A DNA stretch of 64,000 bases from Lytechinus pictus (Eukaryota): contig NC_087252.1 of NCBI RefSeq assembly GCF_037042905.1, forward strand, positions 16,804,001 to 16,868,000, written 5' to 3'. The translations under genes and the position numbers were made by a program. A model generated the notes under the pieces. It was given only the letters and a program-made list of their open reading frames with translations. It was not told the DNA's origin and did not search any database. Shown piece after piece: positions 1-13,418 of this stretch (its first letter is position 1; every line of letters begins with the position of its first letter).

Positions 1-449
1 GCTTTTTTAGGAACGACTTTAAACGTCAAATTACATGCGACTGCTGCAGCGATTCGCGGTATTTGTCCGGGACTTTGACGGTCTTTTTAAGATCTAACTT
101 ATGTCTGCCTAGGCTATCAACTAGATCTAGATCTGCACCTACTTAGACATTAGGCCTTAGACTTAGGCCTTCGTTAACCATTTAAGATAAATCTATCACA
201 TGCAACAAGTTTGTAAAAATTGTTTATAAAAAATCAAAATTGGACAAGGAGTAAAAGAGCTATGATAATTTAAAGATATGGATTATTTCGGTAAAACAGT
301 TCTATGCATGTTTTTATGAATTTACTTGACAAACTGATGCAAAGATGTCTCACCTTGTGACATGAAATTATGTTTGTACTATCCCCCCCCCCTCCAAGAC
401 TAGATACCGTATTATTTAATGCAAAAAGGTGACATATCATTCACACGTA

Positions 450-1060
450 CCGTATGGGTACTAGTATTCAACCCGGCATAATTCAAAGATTTTGACATAT
501 TCCCCAAAATATCTAGAAATAGGGAATTTATCTTAATTTCATACCTTTGTTATTTCCAGGGTAATCTGTTGTCAGTATTTTCTTTATCAATCTGTCGACT
601 GTGTGCGCAGAGGATCGAATTATGCGGCGATGGCCTTTTGCACTGAATGGTACTAGTATTCAACCTAGTGAGGATTGATAGCAAATCTTAAAAAGGTCTA
701 GATTGCTAAATTAGATCTAGATCTATGTAAGTCTCTGGCTTTGATTAATTCCCTGTTTGGTCTCATCTCAAATTGTCTAGTCCATAGTCGGATGGGACAA
801 GGGCAGATTGAGAGACAGGACCATCTTTCATCACTAGGTTGAATACTAGTACCGACGGATTGAATACTAGTACCAAAAACCGTCGCCGTAAAATTCGATC
901 GCCCGCGCACGCAGTTGACGGGTTGAAGAAAAAAAAAACGGGAAAAGAATAACCAGCATTTGCTCTTTGAAATAAGACAGGTCTGAAATTCAGGTAAATT
1001 CCATATTTCTGTATATTTGAAGAAACTCTCCAAACAGGTTGAATACTAGTACCATTACGG
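450..1060. mobile_element. Non-autonomous Tc1/mariner(pogo)-like MITE
   Basis: TIRs CCGTATGGGTACTAGTATTCAACC / GGTTGAATACTAGTACCATTACGG; TA at 448-449 and 1061-1062; internal copies of the TACTAGTATTCAA motif. Confidence 0.8.
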
Positions 1061-2688
1061 TATGACCAAAGAAAATAAGTATGATTTCATGTTTTGATAT
1101 AAGAAAAGTTAAAGTGGGGATGTGACATCATCAGCCCATCTAACGAATATTTATTAAGACGTGCATATAACTGTTTTTAAAATGCACGAATAACGAATTT
1201 AGATCTAGTTGTTATCAGATTTTGATGAAATTTGCAGCATTTGCTTACATTTGATGAAATTATTTTCAGCTCGGAGTACCCTTTTAAATGGGTTAATTAT
1301 GGACATTTTTCAGATCCCCTCTCCTAACAAATTCTTATTTGTCGGACTTCTGATTTTATTTTTTTTTCGGAGGGGGTGGGGTACATTTGGTATGAGGTTC
1401 ACCAAAGCTTTGCAAATGATATCGAAATTATAACTAGAAAACAGATTGTCACAATTTATAAAAAAAATAACAATATATTTTTGGGGGCGGGTGGGGGGGT
1501 ATTTCTTATTTTTTTCTACAATCTGGTCGAGCTACATTACATGAGGTTCGCCAACTTTCTACACAAAGTCATTCAATTTTTTTTTAATGAAAAGACATAT
1601 TTTTGAAGAAAAAAAAAATTATTATAGTTTTAATTGTTTTTTTTTAAGTTTTTTTTTTCTTAAGTAGTGTTTTTTTTAAAATAAACTTTAACTCTGAAAA
1701 TTTGTTAACTAATTGGCCTTGTTTTCTTTCGTTGTGTTAAACATGTTAAAGGCACGGGATCTACAGAGCAACTGTATTGGTGCAGTGAGGACAAGACATC
1801 TCAGAACCAACATACAGCTGACAGCAGCCCTTCAAGAAGTACTTTAAGACTCTGATATGGGATTCACCATTACCACAGCTTCAGGTAGCTTTCCATGCTT
1901 TATCCATATTCTTTATGGAAATAGTGTGCCAGTTTTGACTTTATCATGTCAGTTGTAACCGATTTCTCCACGAATTTGTTCAATTGCCGTTTTATAAGAT
2001 ATTGTTTTAAGATACATGAAATCTAGAATTATGGAAAATATAAAAAATATAAATTGATAAAAACCATAAAAAATGAAAAAATATAGAATTTGGATAAAGG
2101 CTCATGCAGAGAAAGCTTTTTGCAAGTGATATATAAAAATTAAACATTTAAATATGACATCTCATGAATTTTGGAGGGATTTTTTTTACCCAACAATAGT
2201 TTAATCTTATTATTTTTGGTAGAAAAATATGACATCAGGGAGTACTTCCACCTTTATTAGAAATACAAGTAACATTTAAACAAAGTCAAAGAGTGAAAAG
2301 TTAATGTATGTTAAATATCATGTTGATAAATGTCCATGAATCATGAAGAAATGAGAGTGTAATGTGATTGTTGTTATATATGTATTCATCAAACATGCAG
2401 ATTCGAGTCATCGGAACGTGGCATTTTTCAGACTGGAACATGAAAAAAGCAAACAATGCAGAGGAAGAAAATTATCCCCTTGGTGAACCCTGCTGACATA
2501 CTCTCTGAGATACTCCCAGATAAGCTATCAACTGGATTTTCCAAATAGAGGGAATATGATACATGGAAAGATCTTAGATGAGGACAAGGCACCTCGGCCT
2601 CCCCGGTAGGAGAGGAAATTGAACAATGAATACATGTTTTACTCTGAATGAACAAACTCTATGAAGTTTTTCGATAAAAAAAACTTAA

Positions 2689-3269
2689 AGGAGAATGAAA
2701 CTCTTGGAGCAAGTTAGCTTTTGTGAAAGCAGAAAAATCAAAGAATAAGATCAACAAAAGTTTGAGTAAAATAGGACTAGCAATAGAAGAGTTATGAGCA
2801 TTTCAATGTCGAGATCACTAATGCTATGGAGATCCTCCCATTGGCAATGCGACCAAGATCTATGATGTCACAGATGAACAACTCTCCCCTTTTGGACACT
2901 GAAAATATACCCCAAAACATCTCTTTTTGCTCATTCTAATCATATGACAAACGATTCATCAATGATATAATGTTGTAAAACCTCTGTACTTGTCCTCTCA
3001 TAAAGAGAACACCTCACCTTGTGATAGACTTTATAAAAGTGAGAATATAAGTGAAATAAGTACTAAAGTAATGAGGGAGTTGTACGTGTGTGACATCACA
3101 GATCTTGGTCGCATTGCCAATGGGAGGATCTACATGGCATTAGTGATCTCGACATTCAAATGCTCATAACTTTCTTATTATTCATTCAATCTTCCTCAAA
3201 CTTTCAACAATATGTTTCTTTTATTTTTCTCTTTGATATGGATTCAGCTGGTTAGGGTTTCATTCTCCT
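2689..3269. mobile_element. Kolobok-like palindromic MITE
   Basis: TTAA|AGGAGAATGAAAC...GTTTCATTCTCCT|TTAA; long inverted arms (about 2790-2875 vs 3090-3175). Confidence 0.85.
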
Positions 3270-5449
3270 TTAAACTTAATCTGTACCGTTTGCTGACCCA
3301 TTAGAAGGATGTCATTGTAAACAGTTGAAATGTGGTAAGTTTGCTGCTGTATTAAGAAGTTTGCGATAATGTTAAAGGCACACACTAAGGAGGGATTGTC
3401 GTGTTTTATATCCTTTTTAGTGCAAATTTGGACAGTGGAGAGCGATGCACATTCCTGAGTTTTGCTAATACTGCTGCATAGAAGAGAATAAATGTATATA
3501 GTCTCTTCCATATCAAGAATTAAACTCTGATATTATTTTTTTATTTAAGCATAAGATGATTACAACGCATATAATTACACACGTGTACAGAGTGTAGCAG
3601 AGAAAAGAAGATTATGTATTTGTGATTATTTGTTAGTAATAATACCTGCCGTTTTGATATGTGGAGCCAAGTTTTTATGCACAGTTTTATTCTTCTTTTC
3701 AAACGAAGTGACCATAAAAAAAATCCTTCAGTGATCCCGACAATTTGGCAGCAATTTGTGAAATATATTTTCATGACTACCCCATCCCTAAAAAGAAACC
3801 AAATGTGGCCCATTTCATGAAATGTTGATATGATCCCTTGCTCGAATGAAAACTACCATGAAAACAGTGAACCTTCTGCTTCCTGATTCGCTCGTTCAAT
3901 GAAAGTTGATATTTCATCAAGAGTTGTTGTCATATTAAATCTTTATGAAATGTAGCTCGCATCAGCTTTTCACTATTGTTTATTGCCACCGAAAAAAAAT
4001 TGGTTTTGCAAAATTGAATTTTGTTTGTGTTTATTTTTCAAAGCTTATAAGTATGATTTTTTTTAGATTTTACTTTGCGAGAAAGTGAAGTATGGACAAA
4101 CAGCAAGGTGGTGTCTTTTTTTTTTTTTGGGGGGGGGGGGTTATGGGCAGGGACAAATCTAGGATGGAGGTGGGCAGGGGCTTTGGCCCCACTTTTTTTT
4201 CCCCAGAACACATGTATAAACATGTACAAAATTACCATTTGATTGTGATTTTTTTTTGCATGGACAGCCCCTCCCATTTTCAAAAAAATTTTATGCGGCG
4301 ACTGTGGGGGTGGGCACCCCCCCAAAAAAAATGATAAGCTGCCCCCCCCCCCCACAACAAAAAATCAGATGAATAATCCAACCCCATCTGCCCCTGGTCA
4401 TTGGATCTGGGAACCTCCTCCCATGTTAAAACTACGCGCTATGACGAACTATATATTGTATGACAAATAGTCTCCATAAGGGTTTTTTTTGCATGTAATG
4501 TGAGTGTGTGGGTGTGGGTTCTAGTGTGGGTGTGGTTGAATATGTAGAGTAATTTGTTTTATTGTATTCGCCTAGCTGTGTATATATGAAATTATGTCTG
4601 CACTACAAAAGATCACCTCGCCTATGCCAGGTATGTTGGGCGTTACAAAAGAACCAACATTTCCCTATCATGAAAAGATGAATAATAAGCCCGACTACCA
4701 TGACGACCCATACAGCCAGGCAGGGGGGGGGGGGGTACCCCTGATTCAATAAGCCATATCTCTAATTTGAATATGAATTAGACTCTAATATTTTGTATAC
4801 ACATTGTACATGTGTCCAGGTACCAGAAAACATAAAAAAACCAAAATCCAAAATTTCACCTACAATACCCATTTTCCCAGGATGGCCCACATATATTTTT
4901 CAATCAACTTTCACAACATACATAATCATGAGGAAAATTGCACAAAATTTTATCTACAATATATTTTAATAGATTACCTAATTTTCGCTACAATGAAAGT
5001 ATAATGCGAGTTATAATTAATTGCTACGTACCATATCTAAGCCGTCTAAGACATGGCTATGCCAACGCCAACACGTATAGCGCCTACTGGAAAACGGTCC
5101 TGTCGGCTGCTATTTCAAGTTTGTCAATGGACGTATACAGTGGGTGCTGCCCGCCGTATCACTAGAAATTACTAACACTGGTATTCGTGCAATCATCTAA
5201 CAAAAAAGTTCCACTTTCAAATAAAAAACATAATAATTAACAATTCTGTGGAACTGATCAAATATAACAGTTGCGAATAAGGACTCTACAATTTCATTAA
5301 TACTGGTCAATAATTTCCATTATTATATTTAAGCAGAAATTATAACACGTTACGGTTCGATTCCAATGACAATTTACTCGAATATGCAATTTAATCAATC
5401 CGCATTTAGATCCCGGATCTAGAGTATCCTAAAAAATAGTAGTTTGACA

Positions 5450-5575
5450 CTACACCTTTTTCGTTTTCGGATTAACGAACATCGAGGTATTTGCAACTTA
5501 CGTGTTTTGGAATTACGAACCTTCAGAATAAAGAACCTTCGGAATTACGAACCTTCGGAATTACGAAGTGTAACC
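5450..5575. mobile_element. End fragment of the CCGAAGGTTCG foldback family
   Basis: ACGAACCTTCGGAAT repeats ending TTACGAAGTGTAACC, the same terminus as at 42314. Confidence 0.7.
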
Positions 5576-5799
5576 TACTATTACTACTACTATACTACTA
5601 CTACTGCTACTACTACTGCTACTATTACTACTACTAATACTACACCGCTACTACCACTAATGCTGCTACTACTACTTCTATTACTACTACTACTACTACT
5701 ACTGCTACTACTACTGCTGCTACTATTACTGTTGCTATACTAATACTACTTCTACCACTACTAATACTGCTACGACTATTACTACTTCTACTACTACTT

Positions 5800-5830
<31 letters not shown>

Positions 5831-5840
5831 AACTACTATA

Positions 5841-5883
<43 letters not shown>

Positions 5884-5917
5884 TTATTACTACTACTACT
5901 CCTACTACTACTACTAC

Positions 5918-5960
<43 letters not shown>

Positions 5961-6137
5961 CTACTACTACTACTACTACTACTGCTGCTGCTACTACTAC
6001 CACTACTACTACTGATACTACTACTACTACTACTATTACTACTACTGCTACTACTATTACTACTACTACTATTACTACTACTGCTACTACTTCTACTCTG
6101 ACGACGACGACTACTAGTACTACTACTATTATTACTG

Positions 6138-6170
<33 letters not shown>

Positions 6171-6626
6171 TTTCTATTGCTGCTACTACTACTACGACGA
6201 CGACGACGACTACTACTACTACTACTCCGACGAATACTACTACTACTACTACTTCTAATAATAATAATAATAATAATAACGTTTTATTTACCTAGGGTAG
6301 CCACTTCAGTTAGGAAACTGCTCTACCAGCGGGCCCTGCATAACATAATAATGTTATTATTACCCTTCTCCAATCAAAATGTTGAGCGCCTAGCAAGAAG
6401 GCAGAAGGTCCATTTTTATAATTCTTTGGTATGACTCGGCCGAGGATCGAACCCACGACCTCCCGTTCATGAGGCGGACGCTCTACCACTGAGCCACCGT
6501 ACTACTACTACTACTCCGACGACTACTACTACTCCGACGACTACTGCTACTGCTACTACTGCTGCTACTATTATTATACTACTACTACTACTACTTCTAC
6601 TACTACTCCTACTTCGACTGCTACGT

Positions 6627-6664
<38 letters not shown>

Positions 6665-6691
6665 GCTACTTCTATTACTACTACTAATCCG

Positions 6692-6723
<32 letters not shown>

Positions 6724-6770
6724 GATTACGACTTCTACGACTACTACTACTACTACTACTATTGCCACTT

Positions 6771-6804
<34 letters not shown>

Positions 6805-6816
6805 GACAACTACTAC
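5576..6816. repeat. (TAC)n/(CTA)n microsatellite, interrupted by a SINE and resuming at 17084-17106
   Basis: Direct reading; short strand switch to (GTA)n at about 5918-5960. Confidence 0.95.
6257..6500 (-). mobile_element. tRNA-derived SINE
   Basis: Minus strand: A box GGTGGCTCAGTGG, B box GGTTCGATCC (6444-6453), body, (ATT)n tail at 6257-6279. Confidence 0.85.
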
Positions 6817-6874
6817 CAGGCGCGGATCCATGGGGGGGGCCGAGGGGGCCTTGGCCCCCCCCCCCCCCTTCGGC

Positions 6875-7704
6875 AAAAAAAAAGAAGAGAGGGAAAGAAA
6901 GAGAAAAAAGAGGGGAAAGAAAAGAAGAAAGGAAGAGGGGGAAGAAGGGAAGAAAAAAGAGAGAGGAAAAGGGGGGGAAAGAAAAGAAGAAAAGGGAAGA
7001 GGGGGAAGGAAGGGAAGGAAAAGGGAGAGGGAAAGGGGAAAGAAAGAGAAGGAAAAAGAGAGGGAAAGGAAAAGGAGAAAAAAAGAGAGAGAGGGGAAGA
7101 GGGGAAAGGAAGAGAAGAAAAAGAGAGAGAGGAAAAAGAGGGGAAAAGGAGAAAAAAGAAGAAGAGAAGAAAAGGGAGGGGGAAGGAGAGGGGGAAGAAA
7201 AAAGAGGAAGAGGGGAAAAGAAAAGGAGAGAGAGGAAGAGGGAGGAAAGAAGAGAAGAAAAAAGAGAGGGGAAAGAAAAGAAGAAAAAAGAAGAGGGGAA
7301 AGAAAAGAAGAAAAAAAGGAGAAGAAGAGGGGAAAGAAAGAGAAAAAAGAGGAAGAGGGGGAAGGAAGAGAAGAAAAAGGGAGGGGGAAGAAAAAAGAGG
7401 AAGCGGGGAAAGAAGAGGGGGAAGAGAGAGGAAGAAGGGAAAGGAAAAGGAGAAAAAGGAGAGAGAGGAAAAGGGAAGAAAGAAGAGAAAAAAGAGAGAG
7501 AAGGGGGAAGAAAAGGGGAAAGGAAGAGAAGAAAAGGGAGGGGGAGAGGGGGAAGAAAAAAGAGGAAGAGGGGAAAGAAAAGGAGAAAAAGGAGAGAGGA
7601 AGAGGGAGGAAAGAAGAGAAAAAAAAGAGAGAAAGAAAAGAAGAAAAGGGGAGAGGAAGAGGGGAAGGACGAGAAGAAAAAAAGAGGAAGAGGAGGAAAG
7701 AAAA
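6875..7704 (+). repeat. About 830-bp polypurine (A/G) tract
   Basis: Almost only A/G on the plus strand; source of the spurious K/E/R/G and F/L/P/S ORFs. Confidence 0.95.
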
Positions 7705-9190
7705 TGATGTTCGAACCAAAAGGGCACCGAAATGATGTTCGAATGAATGTCAAAATGATGTTCGAACTGGGGGCGCCAGATTGATACTCGAACTAGGGGG
7801 GGGGGGGGGTAGGGGGCCGAATCGATGTTCGAACTAGGGGGACGCCAAATTGATACTCGAACTAGGGGGGCTCAGAATTGATGTTGGAACTAGGGGGCGC
7901 CAAATTGATACTCGAGCAAGGGGGGGGGGGGCGAAATGATATTCGAACTAGGGGCGCCAAATTGATGTTGGACCTACATGTAGGGGCGCCGAATTGATAT
8001 TCGAACTAGGAGGGCGCCGAAATGATGTTCGAAGGGATGTTAAAATGATGTTCGAACTGGGGGCGCCAAATTAATACTCGAACTAGGGGGGGGAGGGGGC
8101 CGAATCGATGTTCGAACTAGGGGGACGCCAAATTGATACTCGAACTAGGGGGGCTCAGAATTGATGTTGGAACTAGGGTGCGCCAAATTGATACTCGAAC
8201 TATGGGGCGCCAAATTGATGTTGGACCTACATGTAGGGGCGCCGAATTGATATTCGATCTAGGAGGGCGCCAAAATGATGTTCGAAGGGATGTTAAAATG
8301 ATGTTCGAACTGGGGGCGCCAGATTGATACTCGAACTAGGGGGGAGGGGGCGAATCGATGTTCGAGCTAGGGGGGCGCCAAACTGATACTCAAACTAGGG
8401 GGCGCCGAATTGATGTTCGAACTAGGGGGGCGCCAAATTGATACTCGAGCTAGGGGGCGAAATGATTTTCGAACTAGGGAAACCAAATTCAGTTCGAAGG
8501 GATGCCAAAATGATGTTCGAACTGGGGGTCGAATTGATGTTCGAACGGGGGGGGGGCGAATTGATGATCGACCTACATGTAGGGGCGCCGAATTGATACT
8601 CGAACTAGGGGGGGCGCCGAATCGATGTTCGAGCTAGGGTCACCACATTGATGTTTGAACTAGGGGGCGCCGAATTGATATTCGAACTAGGGGCGCCAAT
8701 TTGATGTTCCAACTGGGGGCGCCAAATTGATGTTCGACCTAGGGAGGCCAAATAGATGTTCGACGTAGGGGGGCGCCTATTGAATATTCGAACTAGGGTC
8801 GCCAAATTGATGTTCGAACTAGGGGGCGCCGAATTGCTATTCGAACTTGGGGCGCCAAATTGATGTTCGAACGAGGGGGGCGCCAAATTGATGTTCGAAC
8901 TAGGCGGCGCCAAAATAACGTTCGAACTATGGGGCGCCGAATTGATGTTTGAACAAGGGGGAGGGGGCGAATTAATTTTCGAACTAGATGGGGGCGCCAA
9001 ATTGATGTTTGAACTGGGCCGGGCGCCAAATTGATGTTCGAACTAGGGGAGCGCCGAATTGATGTTCAAACTAGCGGGGCGCCAAATTGATGTTCGAACT
9101 AGGGGAGCGCTAATTTGATGTTTGACCATAAGGCGCCAAATTGACCTTGAACTTAGGGGGCTCCATGCAAATTCATGTTCGACCAGGGGC
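7705..9190. repeat. About 27-30-bp minisatellite with higher-order structure
   Basis: Unit close to AATTGATGTTCGAACTAGGGGGCGCCA; variant GACCTACATGTAGGGGC recurs at about 7971, 8224 and 8570. Confidence 0.9.
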
Positions 9191-9797
9191 GCAACATTGC
9201 TCGTATTGCCTGTTTATAGTGAAATTTATTTCCTGCCCAAAAAGGTTAAATTAATGCGGCTGATTTAAAATATCCTGTTTTTACGATAATAGACAAAAAT
9301 CAATGTGCTCGAGTTTGAAGTTTGTTTGGCAAGATAGGTAACCTGTTCAGGGTCAGAAAAGGGGTAAATATCAAATTCAGCTGGCGCTACGCGCTCGCAA
9401 TATTTGATTAGTGAGGTGTGTATCCTTTCCATCGATCACACGTACATAAGTCCTTAAAATGTTAGTGTTTTTCAAGTCAATATACATAGGCCGATCCAGG
9501 GGGCAAAGTTTTTGCCCCCCCCCCCCATGGTGGCGCAAAAAAAAAGGAAAGAAAAAGAAAAAAAAGACGAAGAGAAAAAGGAAAAACTTTTAGAATAGGA
9601 ATTATACCTTAAAAGAGTCCTTCTTAAGTCAGTATATAAAAAATTGAGCTCGCGCTACGCGCTCGCATCACTGTTTAGTTATATACGCATCCCGACCTCA
9701 CAGGTTTTTTTTTATGCGAACGAGAAGCACAAGCTGAAAATACTTTATATTCTAATCTAACAACTGAAAAAGCTTCGCGCTCGCATTCATTTCTTAA

Positions 9798-10295
9798 AGG
9801 ACAAGTCCACCCCCCCCAAAAAAAATGTTGATTTGAATGAATAGAGAACAATCAAACAAGCATTATGCTGAAAATTTCATCAAAATTGGATGTAAAATAA
9901 GAAAATTATGACATTTTAAAATTTTGCTTATTTTTCACAAAACAGTGATATGCACAACTCAGTGACATGCAAATGAGACAGTCGATAATGTCCCTCACTC
10001 ACGAATTCCTTTGTTTTTTATTATTAGAGTTTTACAATATTAAATTTTTTACAGATTTTACAATATGAACCAACTTGATTGAACCATTTAGTATTAAACA
10101 ATGCTAATTGCTCATGTTCAGGGAGGAATTAATCGTTGTTTCACACGACAACAGAGAAAAATGGAATATTTCATATTTCATATACTAAAATACAAAAAGA
10201 AGTAGTGAGTGAGTGATGTCATCAGTCTCCTCATTTGCATACCGACAAGGATGTGAATATTACTGGTTTGTGAAATTAAGCGAAACTTTAAAATG
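9798..10295. mobile_element. Truncated Kolobok-like MITE (family also at 27847 and 50859)
   Basis: Starts TTAA|AGGACAAGTCCACCCC; body similar to the other copies; right end missing. Confidence 0.65.
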
Positions 10296-10437
10296 TTGTT
10301 GGCCTACCTATTATCTTTGTGTATTTCCTATAAGATTCTCAAAATATTCCTTTTCAGGTGTCTCGATTGTCAAAATGAAGGCCTATGAGCTAGCGCTGTG
10401 CGCTCGCATTTTTATTGGTGATTTCTGTATACCTATA

Positions 10438-13418
10438 CAGTGGCGTAACTACCAGGGGGCATGGGGGGCACGTCCCCCCAAAAAAAAAATTATTGTTTAT
10501 TATAATGTTATATTATATCATAATTATTTTACATAAGAAGCATTTTTTTCATGACTTTATGAAACAGTTTGCTCAGGGCCTATGTCTTCATTGTTCCTGG
10601 TGCTCGCGTGGACTGTTTAACGAGATGTATAATCCTGTAGTACTAAAACCTCCCGTTTTCAAATCAATATACACCAAATATATTTCCTCACATTTCGAGT
10701 TATTATTGTTTTATGTAGTGACATTTGCTTCTTTTTCATGACTACTTAAAGTGATTGCCCAATTTTAGGGACTTAATATAAAACATTTCCTGTCCATGCT
10801 TACGTTCGCATTAGTTGATTGGTGGGTGCCAGGTAAAAATGGCAGAGGTAATAATGGCAGAGGTAATAATGGCAGAGGTAAAAATGGCAGAGGTGAAAAT
10901 GGCAGAGGTAAAAATGGCAGAGGTAATAATGGCAGAGGTAAAAATGGCAGAGGTAAAAATGGCAGAGGTAAAAATGGCAGAGGTAAAAATGGCAGAGGTA
11001 AAAATGGCAGAGGTGAAAATGGCAGAGGTAAAAATGTCAGAAGTAAAAATAGCAGAGGTAATAATGGCAGAGGTAAAAATGGCAGAGGCAAAAATGGCAG
11101 AGGTAAAAATGGCAAAGGTAAAAATGGCAGAGGTAATAATGGCAGAGGTAAAATGGCAGGGGTTATAATGGGAGAGGTAAAAATGACAGCTCTAGGTAAA
11201 ATATAGCCAGTCTTAAACCCCCATGCAATGAATTGTCAAAATGCCCCCGCATGTAAAATCCTGAAGATTTTTCCACATTTTAACATTGGTACAGATCCAT
11301 TTAAACAAATGACGATATAACTGTCGAAAAATATTTCCGCTTGAGTGAGCACCACTTACTTTTGAAAAGTTATTGAAAAATGGGGTACCGGTTTGTTAAA
11401 AAGCCGAGAAAAAAAGTTTTCAATCCAAAATGAAAGGGGATTTGGTTAAGGGGGAAAATTACACAAAAATTATTTCAACCAAATGAAGTTCTTTTAGGTC
11501 AGAAAACGAATTACAACAAAAATAATAACAATTAGATAATAAACAATGTTTTTTTTCTGTTTGAAAAATAACAGATTTGTATCAAATCTCTACATTTTAG
11601 CATACCAAGCTAATTACCAAGAGGGTGCTGCTTATGGTGTACAAAATACCCAACAGTACTTCCGCTTCCAAGGGTTATGACCATCAAGGCGTTTATATCA
11701 TATTGGATGCAGTGGTTAAGGTTCAGGGTCTTCTTTTATGCAAAGAATCTGAACCAGACGGTCCCCCTCGATCGACCCCAAATTGGTTTACCATTAAAAA
11801 CAGGATTATTATTGATTTTCATAATCAGTTACATATTCAGTGCCAAGCCTGGGAACGCATGCTTATTGTCATTCAAATATTTAAAAAGAATAGTACAGAC
11901 GACATTACAAATAAGGACATAATATTTAACCACAATCATTCGTGACAATTTCAACGTCTAAGCTTTCCCCGCTATGTTCTCTATGTTGTTCCCCGCCCCC
12001 GTAACCCACTCTGTCTCTCCACCTCTCTTATGTCTACTCTTCCTCCTTTTTGCATCGGTAAACCTGGCAATGACAATGACAATGACAATGATTTTATTTC
12101 TTTGACGGCCCCTCCTGGGGGCATAGAAGAAATATAACAACTTACAACAATGGCAATAATAGGCATAAGAAAAAAATACCAAGGTAACAAAACAAAATAG
12201 ATATAAAGAAACCAGCCAGACAAAAAGGAATGTTATGAAATGATGAATGAGAATAGTGCAGTTTCATTTTGCTCCTGATAAATTGAATGAAAAAAAAATA
12301 TGTCGTTTGATTTCTTTTTAAAAAGCGTTCACGGTACACCTCCAACGAATTCGTAAATAGCATTGTTAGGCCGATGAAGACATAATGATGATGAAATGCC
12401 TAACCGTGACATGCACTTCTTATTTAATGTATGTACATGCGGGGGCTTTTCGACAATTCATTGCATGGGGGTTTAAGACTGGCCATATTTTACCTAGAGC
12501 TGTCATTTTTACCTCTCCCATTATAACCCCTGCCATTTTACCTCTGCCATTATTACCTCTGCCATTTTTACATCTGCCATTTTTACCTCTACCATTTTTA
12601 CCTCTGCCATTTTTTTTACCTCTGCCATTTTCACTTATGCCATTTTTGCCTCTGCCATTTTTACCTCTGCCATTTTTACCTCTGCCATTTTTACACCGAG
12701 CCGATGGGTGAGATGTCTGCTCTTCATGAATTCCTAAAATCAGTTCTTAAAATGTCAATTTTTCTGATCTGAATATCAAAAATTTTTAGCTCGCGCTTCG
12801 CGCTCGCATCATTTGGTTAGTGAAATACGTAAGGACTTAGTGAATTCCTACAAACAAGCCTTAGAATGCCCCTCTTCAGGTCTGAATTTCATAAATTTTC
12901 AGCTCGCGCTTCGCGCTCGCAGTATTTGATTAGTGAGATGCGTATGATAATCATGATTACTATGACAACAAAAAGTGCTTCATATGTTTAGATGTAATTC
13001 TAACAAAATCAGCAAAGGATGGCACTATCATTAGATGACTATGCTGAGATATTTATACTCTTAATGGATACCTAAAATAAAGTCCTTAAAATGTCCCTGT
13101 TTGGGGTCAATATATACAAAAATTTCAGCTCGCGCTTCGCGCTCGCATTGTTTGTTTAGCGAGACAGGTACGTATCACGATTACAAACAATTTGCTTATA
13201 ATGTCTCTTTTTGGTCTGAATATCAAAAATGTTCAGCTCGCGCTTCGCGATCGCATTATTTAATCAGTGACATACTTATCCGTTTAATGGCATTGCATGT
13301 CCTTAAAATTTATCTATTAGGTCAGCATACCTGGCAACTGAGCGCGCTCCCTAAGTGACACCAAATTTGTGGTGGTGCGCCCCCCCCCCCCAATGCCGTG
13401 ACCCACGGTACGTCACTG
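10438..13418. mobile_element. hAT-like non-autonomous element
   Basis: TIR CAGTGGCGTA / TACGTCACTG; 8-bp TSD TACCTATA (10430-10437, 13419-13426); a copy lacking the nested insertion lies at 57540-58744. Confidence 0.9.
10825..12702. mobile_element. Foldback-type element with 15-bp tandem repeats in both arms
   Basis: (GGTAAAAATGGCAGA)n at about 10831-11180, mirrored at about 12500-12695; inverted arms extend to 11255 and 12434; TSD GATTGGTG/GATGGGTG; empty site visible in the 57540 copy of the host element. Confidence 0.85.

Noticed and set aside
1750..2640. Exon-like patches at about 1750-1885 and 2430-2610
   Set aside because: Stops in all useful frames and no recognisable protein; no similarity seen to the missing N-terminus of the paralog.
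6430..6500. tRNA gene
   Set aside because: A and B boxes are present, but there is no complete acceptor stem and the sequence continues into a SINE body and tail.
6177..7784. Long ORFs of 300-428 aa on both strands, plus the shorter poly-Leu ORF
   Set aside because: Translations of the polypurine tract and TAC microsatellite; low complexity and open in many frames.
7705..9190. CRISPR array
   Set aside because: Units are contiguous with no unique spacers, no cas genes are present, and the context is eukaryotic.
10765..12711. Pentapeptide-repeat ORFs (GKNGR, VKMAE, PFLPL)
   Set aside because: Products of the 15-bp repeats in transposon arms; the same applies to 60128-60406 and to the 52906-54852 and 56464-57144 ORFs.
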